DNA from: a virus | Taxonomy: Duplodnaviria > Caudoviricetes | Virus record (IMG/VR): IMGVR_UViG_3300046516_001034 | Coordinates: 899-64,898 of that record | Reading direction: 5' to 3' (one strand) | Length of the DNA: 64,000 nt | Shown here: one piece after another, positions 20,179 through 32,200 of the stretch | Numbering within the stretch: the stretch's first letter is position 1 | How the letters are laid out: the number at the start of each line of letters is the position of its first letter | Made by a program: the position numbers and the translations under genes | The notes under the pieces: generated by a model | The model's input: the letters and a program-made list of their open reading frames with translations, nothing else | Told to the model about the DNA's origin: nothing | Database searches by the model: none

Positions 20179-23100
20179 GTGGCTAAGGGCAAACACCTAG
20201 GGTCATTCGCAGGCGGCTTCATGGAGGGGCTGCTTGGCGTTATGAAGATGCAGATGATGCAGCAGCAATACGCTGCGCTGCAAAAGCATTACGAAGCGCT
20301 CGACGCGCACTATGCACGCCAAGAAGCTTTTGAGAAATTTAAGTATTTGCATGGCGAAGAGTATGGCAAGTGGGAAGCGGGGAACCGGGGAGCTGCTGGG
20401 TTCGAGGAGACGGTTGGCAATGTCCCCGGTGGAGCAGGTGGCGTCGCCGGTAACGCAGCCGAGATGCGGGATTTCTATGTCAGTCAGGGGTACACACCCG
20501 AAGGCGCTGCCGCTATCGTGGGAAACTGGCAGCAGGAGAACAGCTTAAAGGGCGGCGGCTGGGGCGGCGACAAAGGAACTTCCGCTGGCGGGTTCCAGTG
20601 GCACGATGACCCGAGCAAGGGATTGTATCGCGGCACCGGGTTTATGAACTGGGCGAAGGAGAATAATCTCGACGTTAACGACCCGATGACCAGCGCCAAG
20701 TATTCTATCATTGACCTTAAAAAGAATTACCCTGATCTGGATAAGTACCTCCGCACGACGAACAACGTCGATGAGGCCACCCAGAGGTTCGAAAAGGATT
20801 TCGAGGGGGCTGGCACGCCCGCAATGGAGAACCGGCTTTCTGCTGCACGTACAGTATATAAGCAACCAGCGAAGACGGCTGCTCCGGCCACTGCAACCGC
20901 CACCACCAAGCCGCCCCCCGCTATGTCGTCTTCTGGCGGGGTTCCTGTAAGGTATAATGGTAAGGAGTACGACACTGATAAAGATGGAAATATTATCGAG
21001 AGTACTGGCAGACCTATAACCACTTCGCAAGCGGATACAGGGCGTGGTAGCTATCAGGTGGCGGGCGATGTGCCTATCGGTCTAACAACGGAAGCCGCAG
21101 AACGGGCGAGAAAAGATCTAGAGGCGCACCGATCTACGCTGCCAACGCCGCCGGGCGGCAGCGCCGCCGATCAGGCCGGGACGGCGCAGAGCGAGAGTGC
21201 AGCGGATGCTTCTCGCACTAAGGAGTACTATCCTAAAGAGACGCCGCCGGAAGAAGATTTGACGCATGGGCCACCGCCGCAACCGGCGTATTCGGTTACG
21301 GCGGGTCAGCCCGCTGGATATGGACCACCTGTGCGAGCAGGGACGGATGTTACGTCAGGAGAACCAACGGGCGTAGCCATTCCATCTGTTCCATCATTGC
21401 AGCATCCGGTATCAACGCCTTACCCCACGCCATACGAGAGCGGGTATCCCGAGCCGCCGCCGGTTGCGTCGTTGCAGCACCCGATATCGAAGCCCTACCC
21501 CGTACCATATGAAAGTGGGTTTCCAGAGCCGTCGCGAGGGGGAGCCGCAGAAGTTACCCGTCCGGTAGTGGGCGGCGACGAGCGATTGCAACCCGCTGCC
21601 AACGCGAACGCTCCCGCTGCGAACGCTACGCCAGCGGTCGCTCTGCGCCCCGAGCCGCAGGCGCAGGCGCTCCCCGCCCGTCCCGGCTGGGGGTTGATAG
21701 AGCGCCCCAATATCGATCAGTCGCAGGGAGGCCGTGGCGGCGGCGGCCCATCGCAGATGGGTGCGTTCGATTTCAGCACCCTATGGCGTCCCAACCCGCC
21801 TATCGCCCAGCAGCGCGGCGCTACGCCCGCGCCGCAGCCTGCTGCACAACCAGCGCGGCCAGATTTGGCCCAGCGTGTGCCGGTAGCGCAAGCGCCGCAG
21901 CCGCCGCCCCGGCCCACGGCAGTGGTGGTTCAACCGCCGGTTACTCCGAGAGTAACCGACGCCCCGCTGCCGCCCCCACGCCCTGTGGATACCTCTACGC
22001 CGACGCCTGTGCCGCCCCCAGCAGGGAGCGGCCAAGAGCGTATGATATCGAGCCGCGACGAGGACGAAGCTGACGCTGATGCAGGGATGGCGCAGACGGC
22101 GCAAATAGCGCAAATGGCGGGGGCTATTCCCCCCGGCCCTGACGACATGGCCGTTGGCGTGCGTAAGGGCGGCCCCATTCGCAGCCGCAGGCGCTACGCT
22201 GCGGGCGGCAACGTTACCCGGTTTGCTACTGGGGGAGCCGCGCCTACCTCTGCTCAGTTGGCTGATCCCGGCTGGCAGAACACGGCGTCCACCTACACTC
22301 TCCCGGGCAATGCGCCGTTCACCAACCAGCAGGTTTACGATCTATCGCAAACCATCAACTCGCAGCCCTATCCATTTCTCTCCCCCCTCTCTCCGAGCGG
22401 GTCAAAGGATTTAACTGGGTTTTACGGTGCATACACTCCGCCTGCTCCCGTCACGCCTGCGCCCGCGCCCGCGCCAGTAGTCGATCCTACCGTCACGCCG
22501 ATCAGCACCCCGGCGCTCACCAGCACCACTAACAATGCCGCCAACGGCGGGACCACCACTGGCGCGTACCAATTGCCGGATGTCGTCGCACCGACGACAA
22601 CGCCAGCTTTGGATACGACCCAAAATACGACGACGGTGAACCCAACGCCGAAGACGCCCACCACCATCGTGCCGAACATTACCGCCCCAACCACGGCAAC
22701 GACAATAGATCAGAACGCTACGGCATTTAAGTCATTGAACACCCCCAGTACAACATCGGGGGGAAATGGCTCAGGCACATCTGATTTGGGCGGCACTGAC
22801 TATGGCGACACGAACTTAAACACTGGCTCTTACGCCGGGTTTAGGCGTGGTGGGCGAGTAAGCGGCGCGATCCCGCGCTATGCTACCGGCGGCAATGTTA
22901 CCCGCTTTGCCGCCGCTGGAACGGTGCAGCCGCAAGCAGTGCAGTCAGCGTTGAGCGCTGCGTTGTATGGCCCCAATGCGCCATACTCACAACAACAAGT
23001 TATGGCTGGCTCGCCCACCATGACGGTGGGCCAAATGAACGCGGCTAATCTTGCCGCGCTGACACCCGACCAACAAGCATGGTACAACGCTCAGAATGCA

Positions 23101-26100
23101 GCGCTGCTGGGGTATCAGAATGCAACGCAAGCTTGGAGTGGGGCTATCACGCCTGCTACTGGAGGATTTGGCGGTCAAGGGAACACTGTGAACCAAGGGC
23201 AGCAGGCGCTGGCGCAAAACCAGCAGAGCTACTACCAAGGTCTATTCGATCCCAACATGCCCGCGACGCCTGCACCTGCGACGCCCGCGCCAACAACGCC
23301 AGTGGCGACAACGCCAGCGCCGGTCGTTGACCCCACCCTTACCACGATCAATACGCCCACGATAACCAGCACTACTAGCAACGCCGCCAACGGTGGGACC
23401 ACCACGGGTGCGTATCAGCTACCTGATATCGTTGCGCCCACCTCTACGCCTGATGTAACGACGCCGACGACGACGGTTAACCCGACGCCCAATATACCTA
23501 CGACGACCGTGCCTAACACGCCCAGCACGGGGACGAGCGACATCGGCGCGACCGACACCAGCAAGAAGCCTTCTACGGGCGTGACCGCAGGCGACACCAG
23601 CGCCAGCACTGGCGCGTACGCTGGGTTTAGGCGTGGGGGAGTAACTCGCAGAGTAACTGGCTACGACGACGGTGGCGGGGTCAGCCCCGCCCCCGCTGGC
23701 ATGCTCCCCGGCTTAGGCGGCGCACAACCGATACCCCCCATTTACTATAACAACGCGACCTTCGCTCCGGCGGGTGCAGGCATCGGCAAGGGTGTGACAG
23801 TAAATTCCGCCCCCACTTTTGTCGCGGGCGCGATCCCCACCCTTCCCATGAGAAAAGGCGGCGTGGTGCGCTATGCCGATGGCGGCGCTGTTAGCGACGA
23901 GGAGATGCAATCCGCCGCTACCGATGTGGGCGACGACTACGGTGAGGGCGCTGCTGGAAGCACAGAGCAGCAGTACGCTATGGACTACCGCCCTAACGCC
24001 GACGTGGTTGCTGGGGGCCGTAGCGGCGCGGAGCCGTCCCCCGGCGGCGGCATGGATGTGGGGGGTGCGGCTCCTCCCACGCAACAAGGTCCGCCCCCCG
24101 GCGCGCCCGCATGGACGCCGCAGGTCAACGATGGGTTAGGTAATCCTTCAAGGGGTTTGATTGGCGCGATTGCCGGGGGGCTGCACTATATTGGCAGCAT
24201 GACTGGGCTTGGCGGGCAGCAGGGCGCGCTTGCCGCCGACCCGGGGGTCCAAACCGCACGGCAGAACTTCGCTACCGGGCGGCAACTCAACGGCCAACCG
24301 CTGATGACGAAGGACGAATATTTGCATGATGTGCCGGAAGCTATTGGCGCGGACGGCCTGCACGAGGGCTTGAAGCACCTCGCCAGCATGGAGGCGATCC
24401 ATAAATTCTACCAGTACCGGGGCGAAGCCGAGAAGGCCGACCAAATGTCGGCGATGATGATGCAGGTCAGCGTTGGTTTGGCTAGCGAATATGGCAAGGA
24501 AGCCGTAGCAAGATACTATAACGGCGATCTCAAGGGCGCGGTTGAGGCTATGAACCGCTCCAAGGACGTGATCGCAGATGGTACGATAGTGAAAGCCACG
24601 GTCAACCCGGATGGGAAGACCGTCAGCGTAGCGGGCCAGAACCTCAACGGCGAAGACCTATGGCGGCAGGTGGTCGCTCCGCAGGCGATCCTAGGAGCCG
24701 CGTTGCACACGGCTAATGGCTCGCTGCCGTGGCATATGTATGAAATCTCCGCCGCTAAGTATGACCAGCGTTCCCATGATATGATCGCCGCGCGCGGGCA
24801 GTCAGCGCAGAGCGACCAAGTGAACGAAGCGATTGGCCGGATGGGGCCGGAGTTTGGCGAGCCGATTGCGCCCGCCGGGGCGCAAGTTACTCCGGCGAGT
24901 AACGCCCCGCCAGCGCCACAACCGGCGCAACCTCGCCCGCCCACGACCGAAGCGCAAGCGCCTGCGCCTGCGATCCCCACCCTGCCTAACACGTCACCCA
25001 TCCAAGATGTGGCGGGGGTAACTCCCGCCGCGCGCGGCGGCGCGAGCGGCGCACAGGGCACGGATCGAAACGCGCCTGCAACGCCTCCGATAGGCGCGGA
25101 TACGGCAGGAGGAACGCAGCCCGCGCTCCCCGGCCCCGGGCCTACCCGCGCCGCCGCAGCGGCGCTCCCGTCGCCCGACGCACAGGAAGTGGCGGCGCTC
25201 ACGCCCGAAGCCGAGCAAGCGCACTACCAGCAGATCGTAGCGACGACCAAGCCTAAGTACTTCACCGATGACGACCGGCCCATTATCGGCAATCGGCCAA
25301 TGAACCGGCCCGAAGTGATGGACCAAGCAGTGCTCGCCAAGGCTTTGCCGGAAGTGAAGGCCGCTTATAAGGAGCGTTGGGATCGCTACACCAACGCGGT
25401 GCAGCAGAATAAAGCCCTCATGAGTTCTGATATCGATGGCCAGCGGCGCGACTACTCGCTTGGGATCAACACGCAGCGCACAGCGCAAGCGCAGCGCGAA
25501 GCCGACGCTCGCGCCGAACTGGGGCGGCAAGCGACCGACCGGCGCGCAGAACTAGGACGACAAGCGACCGACGCCCGCGCCGCCAAAGCAGAGGATGACC
25601 GGCTGGCGCTATCGCAGCAAGCGCCGCTGTCGCCAGAGAAACTAACTATGTTCAGCCGAACGCCGCAACCGGATAGCGGCATGACCGAAGGCTCACTGCC
25701 GGTGGATTGGTATGCGGCGTCTCCCCACTACGCGACCGACGCCAACGGCACGGCGATGGACGCCAAGACCGCCAAGCAGCGTATGATGGGCGACCTCGAC
25801 ACTAAGAACGCGCAAGGTAAGATAGGCGGCGGCGTTGGCAGGATAAACCTGCTCGACAACGCGCTGCGCACTACCCAAGCGTACAACCAGCATGTCGGCA
25901 CCGAAGAGCTTGCTGACTTGGTGCTTGGCGGGGCTCTCGACAAGTACGACTACGCCGCCTCGCCAACGCCTGTCAGCTTGAAGCATGACGCTCAAGGCAA
26001 GCCGATCCCCGATGGCTTCGACGAGCGCTACGCAGTACGGTTCACCCGGAAGGATGACGGTTCCGGGCGCACCATCGTCATGACGGCGGACGACTACAAC

Positions 26101-26232
26101 AACATGCACGGGATTACAATGGCTATGCGCGCAAAGAATAACGCACCCCCGATCCAACCGCCGCCAATGGCGATACCAACCGGGCCGGGACAGACCAATG
26201 CTAACGACTTAATGCTCCCCGGCATCCAGTAA
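20179..26232 (+). CDS. Large internal virion protein with phage tail lysozyme domain
   Basis: GYTPEGAAAIVGNWQQE...GTSAGGFQW...FEKDFE matches the Phage_lysozyme2-type domain; long P/T/A-rich repeats. Confidence 0.7.
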   Translation: MAKGKHLGSFAGGFMEGLLGVMKMQMMQQQYAALQKHYEALDAHYARQEAFEKFKYLHGEEYGKWEAGNRGAAGFEETVGNVPGGAGGVAGNAAEMRDFYVSQGYTPEGAAAIVGNWQQENSLKGGGWGGDKGTSAGGFQWHDDPSKGLYRGTGFMNWAKENNLDVNDPMTSAKYSIIDLKKNYPDLDKYLRTTNNVDEATQRFEKDFEGAGTPAMENRLSAARTVYKQPAKTAAPATATATTKPPPAMSSSGGVPVRYNGKEYDTDKDGNIIESTGRPITTSQADTGRGSYQVAGDVPIGLTTEAAERARKDLEAHRSTLPTPPGGSAADQAGTAQSESAADASRTKEYYPKETPPEEDLTHGPPPQPAYSVTAGQPAGYGPPVRAGTDVTSGEPTGVAIPSVPSLQHPVSTPYPTPYESGYPEPPPVASLQHPISKPYPVPYESGFPEPSRGGAAEVTRPVVGGDERLQPAANANAPAANATPAVALRPEPQAQALPARPGWGLIERPNIDQSQGGRGGGGPSQMGAFDFSTLWRPNPPIAQQRGATPAPQPAAQPARPDLAQRVPVAQAPQPPPRPTAVVVQPPVTPRVTDAPLPPPRPVDTSTPTPVPPPAGSGQERMISSRDEDEADADAGMAQTAQIAQMAGAIPPGPDDMAVGVRKGGPIRSRRRYAAGGNVTRFATGGAAPTSAQLADPGWQNTASTYTLPGNAPFTNQQVYDLSQTINSQPYPFLSPLSPSGSKDLTGFYGAYTPPAPVTPAPAPAPVVDPTVTPISTPALTSTTNNAANGGTTTGAYQLPDVVAPTTTPALDTTQNTTTVNPTPKTPTTIVPNITAPTTATTIDQNATAFKSLNTPSTTSGGNGSGTSDLGGTDYGDTNLNTGSYAGFRRGGRVSGAIPRYATGGNVTRFAAAGTVQPQAVQSALSAALYGPNAPYSQQQVMAGSPTMTVGQMNAANLAALTPDQQAWYNAQNAALLGYQNATQAWSGAITPATGGFGGQGNTVNQGQQALAQNQQSYYQGLFDPNMPATPAPATPAPTTPVATTPAPVVDPTLTTINTPTITSTTSNAANGGTTTGAYQLPDIVAPTSTPDVTTPTTTVNPTPNIPTTTVPNTPSTGTSDIGATDTSKKPSTGVTAGDTSASTGAYAGFRRGGVTRRVTGYDDGGGVSPAPAGMLPGLGGAQPIPPIYYNNATFAPAGAGIGKGVTVNSAPTFVAGAIPTLPMRKGGVVRYADGGAVSDEEMQSAATDVGDDYGEGAAGSTEQQYAMDYRPNADVVAGGRSGAEPSPGGGMDVGGAAPPTQQGPPPGAPAWTPQVNDGLGNPSRGLIGAIAGGLHYIGSMTGLGGQQGALAADPGVQTARQNFATGRQLNGQPLMTKDEYLHDVPEAIGADGLHEGLKHLASMEAIHKFYQYRGEAEKADQMSAMMMQVSVGLASEYGKEAVARYYNGDLKGAVEAMNRSKDVIADGTIVKATVNPDGKTVSVAGQNLNGEDLWRQVVAPQAILGAALHTANGSLPWHMYEISAAKYDQRSHDMIAARGQSAQSDQVNEAIGRMGPEFGEPIAPAGAQVTPASNAPPAPQPAQPRPPTTEAQAPAPAIPTLPNTSPIQDVAGVTPAARGGASGAQGTDRNAPATPPIGADTAGGTQPALPGPGPTRAAAAALPSPDAQEVAALTPEAEQAHYQQIVATTKPKYFTDDDRPIIGNRPMNRPEVMDQAVLAKALPEVKAAYKERWDRYTNAVQQNKALMSSDIDGQRRDYSLGINTQRTAQAQREADARAELGRQATDRRAELGRQATDARAAKAEDDRLALSQQAPLSPEKLTMFSRTPQPDSGMTEGSLPVDWYAASPHYATDANGTAMDAKTAKQRMMGDLDTKNAQGKIGGGVGRINLLDNALRTTQAYNQHVGTEELADLVLGGALDKYDYAASPTPVSLKHDAQGKPIPDGFDERYAVRFTRKDDGSGRTIVMTADDYNNMHGITMAMRAKNNAPPIQPPPMAIPTGPGQTNANDLMLPGIQ

Positions 26233-26245
26233 CTCTTAGAGTAAC

Positions 26246-29200
26246 ATGCCCCTTGTCGCCTACTCAAGTGACGACCCCGGCAGCAGCCTGCCGCACGATC
26301 CTACTTCGCTTGCCGAAGCGCCTACGACTGAGTTTCGCGGGCTCGTTTCCTACTCTAGCGACGATACGCCTGATGTAAAACATACGCCTTCTACCGCGTC
26401 GCAGGCTTCGGGATACGTTGCTGCGGGCGGCGGCGAGACCTATGGCGACTGGTGGCAGTCGGCCAAAGCAGGCATGCATGGCGCTGGCGCGACCGCAGCG
26501 ACGCTGTTTGGTAAGACCGCCGAGACGCCCGAGCAGGCGACATACTGGCAGAAGCAGGCGCAAGGGCAGCGCGAAGAAGTTAAACAAGATATAGGCGACA
26601 TGACTGCCGCAGGGCAGCAAGGCCGGGAGGGGTCGTTCTGGTCGCACCCGGTGCAGCAAACTTTAGAAGCCGCGCCGGGGTTGGTGGCGATGGGCGCGCC
26701 CGCTGTCGTGGGCGGCGCGCTGGCTGGCCCTCCCGGCGCTTTTGCCGGAGCCATGCTGGGCGGGGGACTGTATCAAGGGCCGTCGCAGGTCAGCGATTAC
26801 ACCCAGCAGATCATGGACGCGCCCGAGGAGCAACTTCAGAAGAACCCTGATTACGCTTCTCTCATCGCCAGCGGATTATCCCCGCAGGATGCAAGGTTGA
26901 AGTTCGCTGACGCCACCAGCAAGGGCTTGTTCGCCAAGTCAGCCGTGATAGGGGCGCTCACTGCGGTGCCGTTTGCCGAAATGGGCGGCGGCAGCGCGGC
27001 AAAGATACTGGGCGATAAGCTGGTCACCAAGGTATTGATGGGCGGCGTTGAGGCCGCCCCGGCGATGGCCGCACAGGGCGCAGCGCAAACGCAGGTCACT
27101 GGGCAAGCGGGCTATGAAGCTGGCATACGCGGCCCGCCCACCCCAGAAGAGACTGCACAGGGCGCATGGGAAGGATTTAAAACTGGATTACAATTTGGCG
27201 CTGGGGCGGCGCTCCTGCATAGGGGCGCGCAGCCGGGCGTCAGCGCCTCCCCTACGCGTTCCTCTAGGGAGAGCGGCAAGCGGGCAAAGGAGCAAGCGAC
27301 CGCCGTCGAAGAAGCCGCCAAAGCTGGCGCAGCAGCGCCTCCCAGCGGCGCGCGTGAGCCCGATAAGATTGTTGACCCCGATATCGCCGCCGCCGCCAAG
27401 GGCGAGCCGATAGTTACTCCGGGGAGTAATCAACAAGCCGAAATTGTAAAACAACCACCTCCGGTTGTACAACCAGCACCCCCACCCGCAGGGAGGGCCA
27501 CAGAGGCACCGCCAGCGGGCGATACAACCGGAGGGGTATCACCCCCGCTCCCAGAGCCTCAACCCCTGCCAGCGGGCAGCGATACGGCACCCTATGTGCA
27601 CCCCACGGTGCCGATTGGCGGCCCTCCAGAGCCTATCCGGCAGGGGGATCAGCGCTCCCGATGGGTGCGCCCTGCCGTGCCAGAAGGGCTGTTTGAGGGG
27701 CCTGCGCCGGTCCTAGAGAAGGGAATGCCCGGAACAGAGGGGCAAGCGCCGGAGGTCGTGGCCCCCGAGCCGCCGTCCGTCATCGCCGCCCAGCACCAAG
27801 CGCTGCTCGACCCGAACGATCCGCGCGAGGCGATGATCTACAACAAAGGCCAGCAACCCATTGAATTAACTGATACTTCTCGCTTCGGGCAAACCCGCCT
27901 CGGGGATGGCCGGGTGGTCCAGTACGACAAGCAGGGGCCGAGCGCCCTCACTCCGAAGAAGATAGGGCAGTATGCCAGAAGTGATCGGTTAAATGAGATA
28001 CTACAGCTTAGTCCTGTAAGTAAGGACGAAGCCGTTCGAACAGCGGCATCCGTGGCAGGAGAAGAGCCCGCCTTGGTGACGACCACGACCGACGCCGGAG
28101 ACAAGGTGAAGGTCGGGGCCGCCACCTCGGCGTCGGTTCCCGAAGCGGTCGCCATGCAGGAGGCGACCAAGGGGCCGGGCGACACGGTGAAGGTGGAGAA
28201 CCCCGTCGCGCCGATAGCGGAGCGGTTCGCCAAGACGCGCGACGAGAACGTCGCTGCGCAGGCTGCGGCAGTTACTCCCGAGAGTAAACCGCTAACCATT
28301 GGGGAGCAAGTGGCGGCGCGCAATGCCGAGCGCGCCGCTCAAGCGCAAGCCGCCGCTCAAGCGCAAGCCGCCGAGCGCGCGACCCGTTTGGAAGCGCTCA
28401 AGCGCGACATGAACCAGCAGTTGGCGACGCCCGCTAAACAGCCGCTGGAAGACCTAAGCCCCGAAGGGGCTACGATGCAGGCGGCGCAGGCAGCGGCGCA
28501 GGAGCAGGTGCGGGGGGTTACTCCCGCAGAGGAAGCCGCTAAGCAGGGCAAGCACTGGACGACAGGGGAGCTAACCAAGAAAGAGAACGCCAACCAAGCC
28601 GCCAACGAGATCATGCAGGCGGAGCGCAACCACCCCAAGCCGGGCGAACAGCCGAACGATATCCTCGCTCGCGCCAAGGGGATCGTCGCTGAAGCGAAGG
28701 GCATCCATGTTCCCACCGAGATAAGCGAAGAGGGCAAGCACGGCCCCGGCATGCTATTGTTGCGCGAAGCAAAGGATTTAGTCGCCAAGGATTTGCCCAA
28801 GCAGGATAAGTTTCCCAGCATGAAGGACTATGGTACGTTCCTCATGCGGGAAGGATTGATCCGCGAAGGTAAATTGGCGGAAGCATTAGAGGCGCGGCGC
28901 GCCGAAGGCAAAGAAGCCAGCGCGCTGGGCGCGCCCGCCGAGGTGAAGGCCGAGGGCGTGCGGCCCGGTCAGGAGCCGGAAGAGAAAGCGCCAGAGCCGG
29001 AAACGGTCGCGGCGCGATTGCAGCGAGAAGGGGCCGAGCGCAAGGCCAAGGCGTACGAAGCTGAATTGGACCGCCGCAAAGCCGCCAAGGAAGCGCGAGA
29101 GGCAAAGGAAGAAGCTGAGCTGGCAGCGCAGGTTGCGGCAAGAACAAAAGCTAAATCAAAAGAAGAAACACCGGATGGCGAAGAACCAATGGGGCCGCTT

Positions 29201-32200
29201 ATCGCTGGCCGTCATTATATGACTGGCACGGCGGCGTTCAAGGTTGAGAAGACGCGGCCGAAGTGGAAGACGCAGGAAGCATCAGAAGATGCGACAGTAA
29301 AGGAGGGAAAAGAGGAAGTATTACCCGGAACTGGTGTAGAAATAGGTGGCATAACTGTTCATCCGTCGCGTAGCACTGATGCCGAAACAATAGTTAAAGA
29401 GGACTACAAACGAGAACATTATGCTTTTGGCACACCACAGATTATGGACAAGATGCGTGATCTTGTCGTTAAAATTGCGGGCGATACGCCGGTACATTTT
29501 ATTAGCGATGTGGAAATGAGGCAGCTTACGGGTATAAAATCTTACGGCGCATTTAGTATGGATGCTCTTGACGGAAAGCCAGTCATTATTATTAACCGCG
29601 ATCTTTCAGCGCCAGATACGGCGTTTCATGAGGCTTTTCATGGCGCTACAGAAATAGCAATCAGTAAGAACCCCGGACTTGAAAATTTGATGGAGCGCCT
29701 GCGGGTTGAAGCTAATAAAAGTATGGAAGTAGCTGGTTTAAGTAAAGAGGATCGTAAAGAGCTTAGATATTATTTGGGCGACCGCAGAGAATTTCTCACT
29801 GGTATGATGACCCTTCCTCGCATGCAGGAGTTGCTTAAGGGGATTAAGATTAGCGCCGAGTTGGCGCGGGACATAGGTATTCCCAAGTGGCGCAAGATGA
29901 CGATGTGGGAAGGCGCGCTGGCGATCATTCGCGATGCGCTGGGGCTGGGGCCTAGGGACACGAGCGCCATCGAAGCCGCCATGTCGCTGAGTGAGCAACT
30001 GATATGGCGCGATCCGCGTGGGACGGGCGAGTTGCTTGCTGCTACCGGGCGCGCAGCAGAAAAAGATATGCGCGCCAGATGGAGGATGCAACAAGCAGCC
30101 GAAGAGAAAACACCAGTTGACGCCTCGCGTTCGCGGGCAAAATACTCTGAGTTAGCGGACAAGATCACCGATGGCGTCAAGGAGCGGATCAAGGATATCT
30201 CCCCTGCTACGCACACTGTCACCGAGAAGATGCGGGCGTGGATAGATACCCCACGCGATTGGATGGAGCGCGCCAAGGAGCGCGGGTGGCGGATTGCCAG
30301 CACTGCCGAGCGGATCATCGATCACATGGGCGAGCTTGGCGCGGATCGAGAAAAAATTCTTAAACTAAGCACGCCGGTGATGGATCGGTTGGGGCGCTTG
30401 TACAACGAGAACGGCAACGAGTTTGGCAAGCTGGCGCGCTTGTTCGTTAGCTCCACCATCCACGGAGCCGACGCGCGCGACGACCTTGGCAAGGGACTGA
30501 ACGAGCATATCAAACCCAACAAGAAGAATATCGAGAACTCCAACTTGGAGCATTGGGACGCGATCAAGGGCAACCCGAAGGATCGCGAAGATTATAAATC
30601 CATGCATCCCGATACGCAAGCTCTCTACAACGATACCATGGACGAGCTTAAGAAGATGAACCTGCGGGTCATCGAGGCGACGCGCAAGTCGCTGGGCGAG
30701 AAGCTTATGAACGAGATGGGCTCTTCCATCCCGCAAGAGCGTCGCGATGCCGTGCAGAAGGTTATTGATCGTAAGGAACTTACTGACGACGAGAGGAAAG
30801 AACACGGCGACGATCCGAACATCAGAGCGCTACAAAGCTACGACGCGATGGCCAAGCGGGCCACGCTGGGCGCGTACTTCCCGCTCAAGCGCACCGAGGG
30901 CACGCACTACGTCGGCGGCAAACACGAGTACGAGCTTCCCCAAGGAGTTACTCGCGCGAGTAACGACGAGAACGATCCCGATTACCACCGGCTCGTGTTC
31001 AACGACCGCAAGGCGGCGTACGACTTTGATCCTGACCTGCCGACCACCCCCAGTATCCAGCACTACATTCAAGACGCCAGCGGCAAGCGGGAGTATGTGA
31101 GCGCCGACGAGGCGACCAGCACTCCCGGCGCGAAGCATGGGCAGGAGTACCATGTGCTGGTCAATCCTCGCGACGTGCGGTTCGTCAACGGCAACGTGGA
31201 GGGCGCGCGGGTTAAGCGCCAGATGGAGCAAGAGGGGATGAAGGATGTCTCCGTGCAGCCGCGCAAGAACCAAGAGGTGTGGCAGTACGGCGTCAACTCC
31301 AGCCATGTCACCGCGATCATGAAGCGCCTCAACAAGATGGACATGACCGACGCCGAGCGCGCCGGGTTGGGCGACGCGATCAAGCACGTAGCGGCTTCTT
31401 CAATGCCGGGTTCACGCTTGTCGCGTGGGTTCCTGCATCGTGACCGCACCGGGGGCGCTGGCGGCGACATTATTGCGTCGCTCGATATGCATCGGCGTAC
31501 TTCTGCGGGGCTGCAGGCGATGGCCGGGCATCGTAACGAGATCGACGCTTCGCTAGAGAAGATGAAGCAATACGTGGACGACCACCCGAACCACAAAGAC
31601 GTGGGCGACATGCGGCAGATGGTCAACATGTACGACGATAGAATTAACAACTTCCAGAAGGACGCCCTAAGCGACATTAACGTCAATAAGAACTGGAACG
31701 CGATCCGCGCCTACACCACGCTCAACGATCTGGTGTCGCCCGCGTTCTTTTTGCTGCATCAACTGCACATACCCCTTACCGTGTTCCCCCATCTCGCGGC
31801 GGAGCATGGCATCGGGCTGGCGACCAGAGTTACTCTCGGAGTATACCGGGACATGCTGGGCAGCGAGTTGCCGATGGCCGTCAAGGCGATGGGCAGGGCG
31901 GCGTTCAAGGCGTGGCGGTACAACCACCAACCCACCGACTTTATCGACGCGCTCAAGAACGAGGGGAGATTATCCGGCGACGAGCGAAGCATGATCGATT
32001 GGGGGGTGGCGCACGACTTTGCTCACAGCACCGGCATCGACTTCTCGCAGGCGTATGTCAGCCAGAGGGGGCTGGATAGGTTCGCTTCCAAAGCGCGCAA
32101 CTTCTCGCAGGAGTTCATTGGCTCTGCCGATGCGTTCAATAAGGTCAACTCCGCGCTGATGTTCTACCGCGCCGCCATCGAAAAGGGGATGAAGGGCGAA

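Noticed and set aside
31019-31036. YDFDPD in the 2324-aa protein as a virion RNA polymerase DxDGD-like motif
   Set aside because: Pro replaces Gly and no other RNAP context is visible; likely chance, though HHpred would settle it
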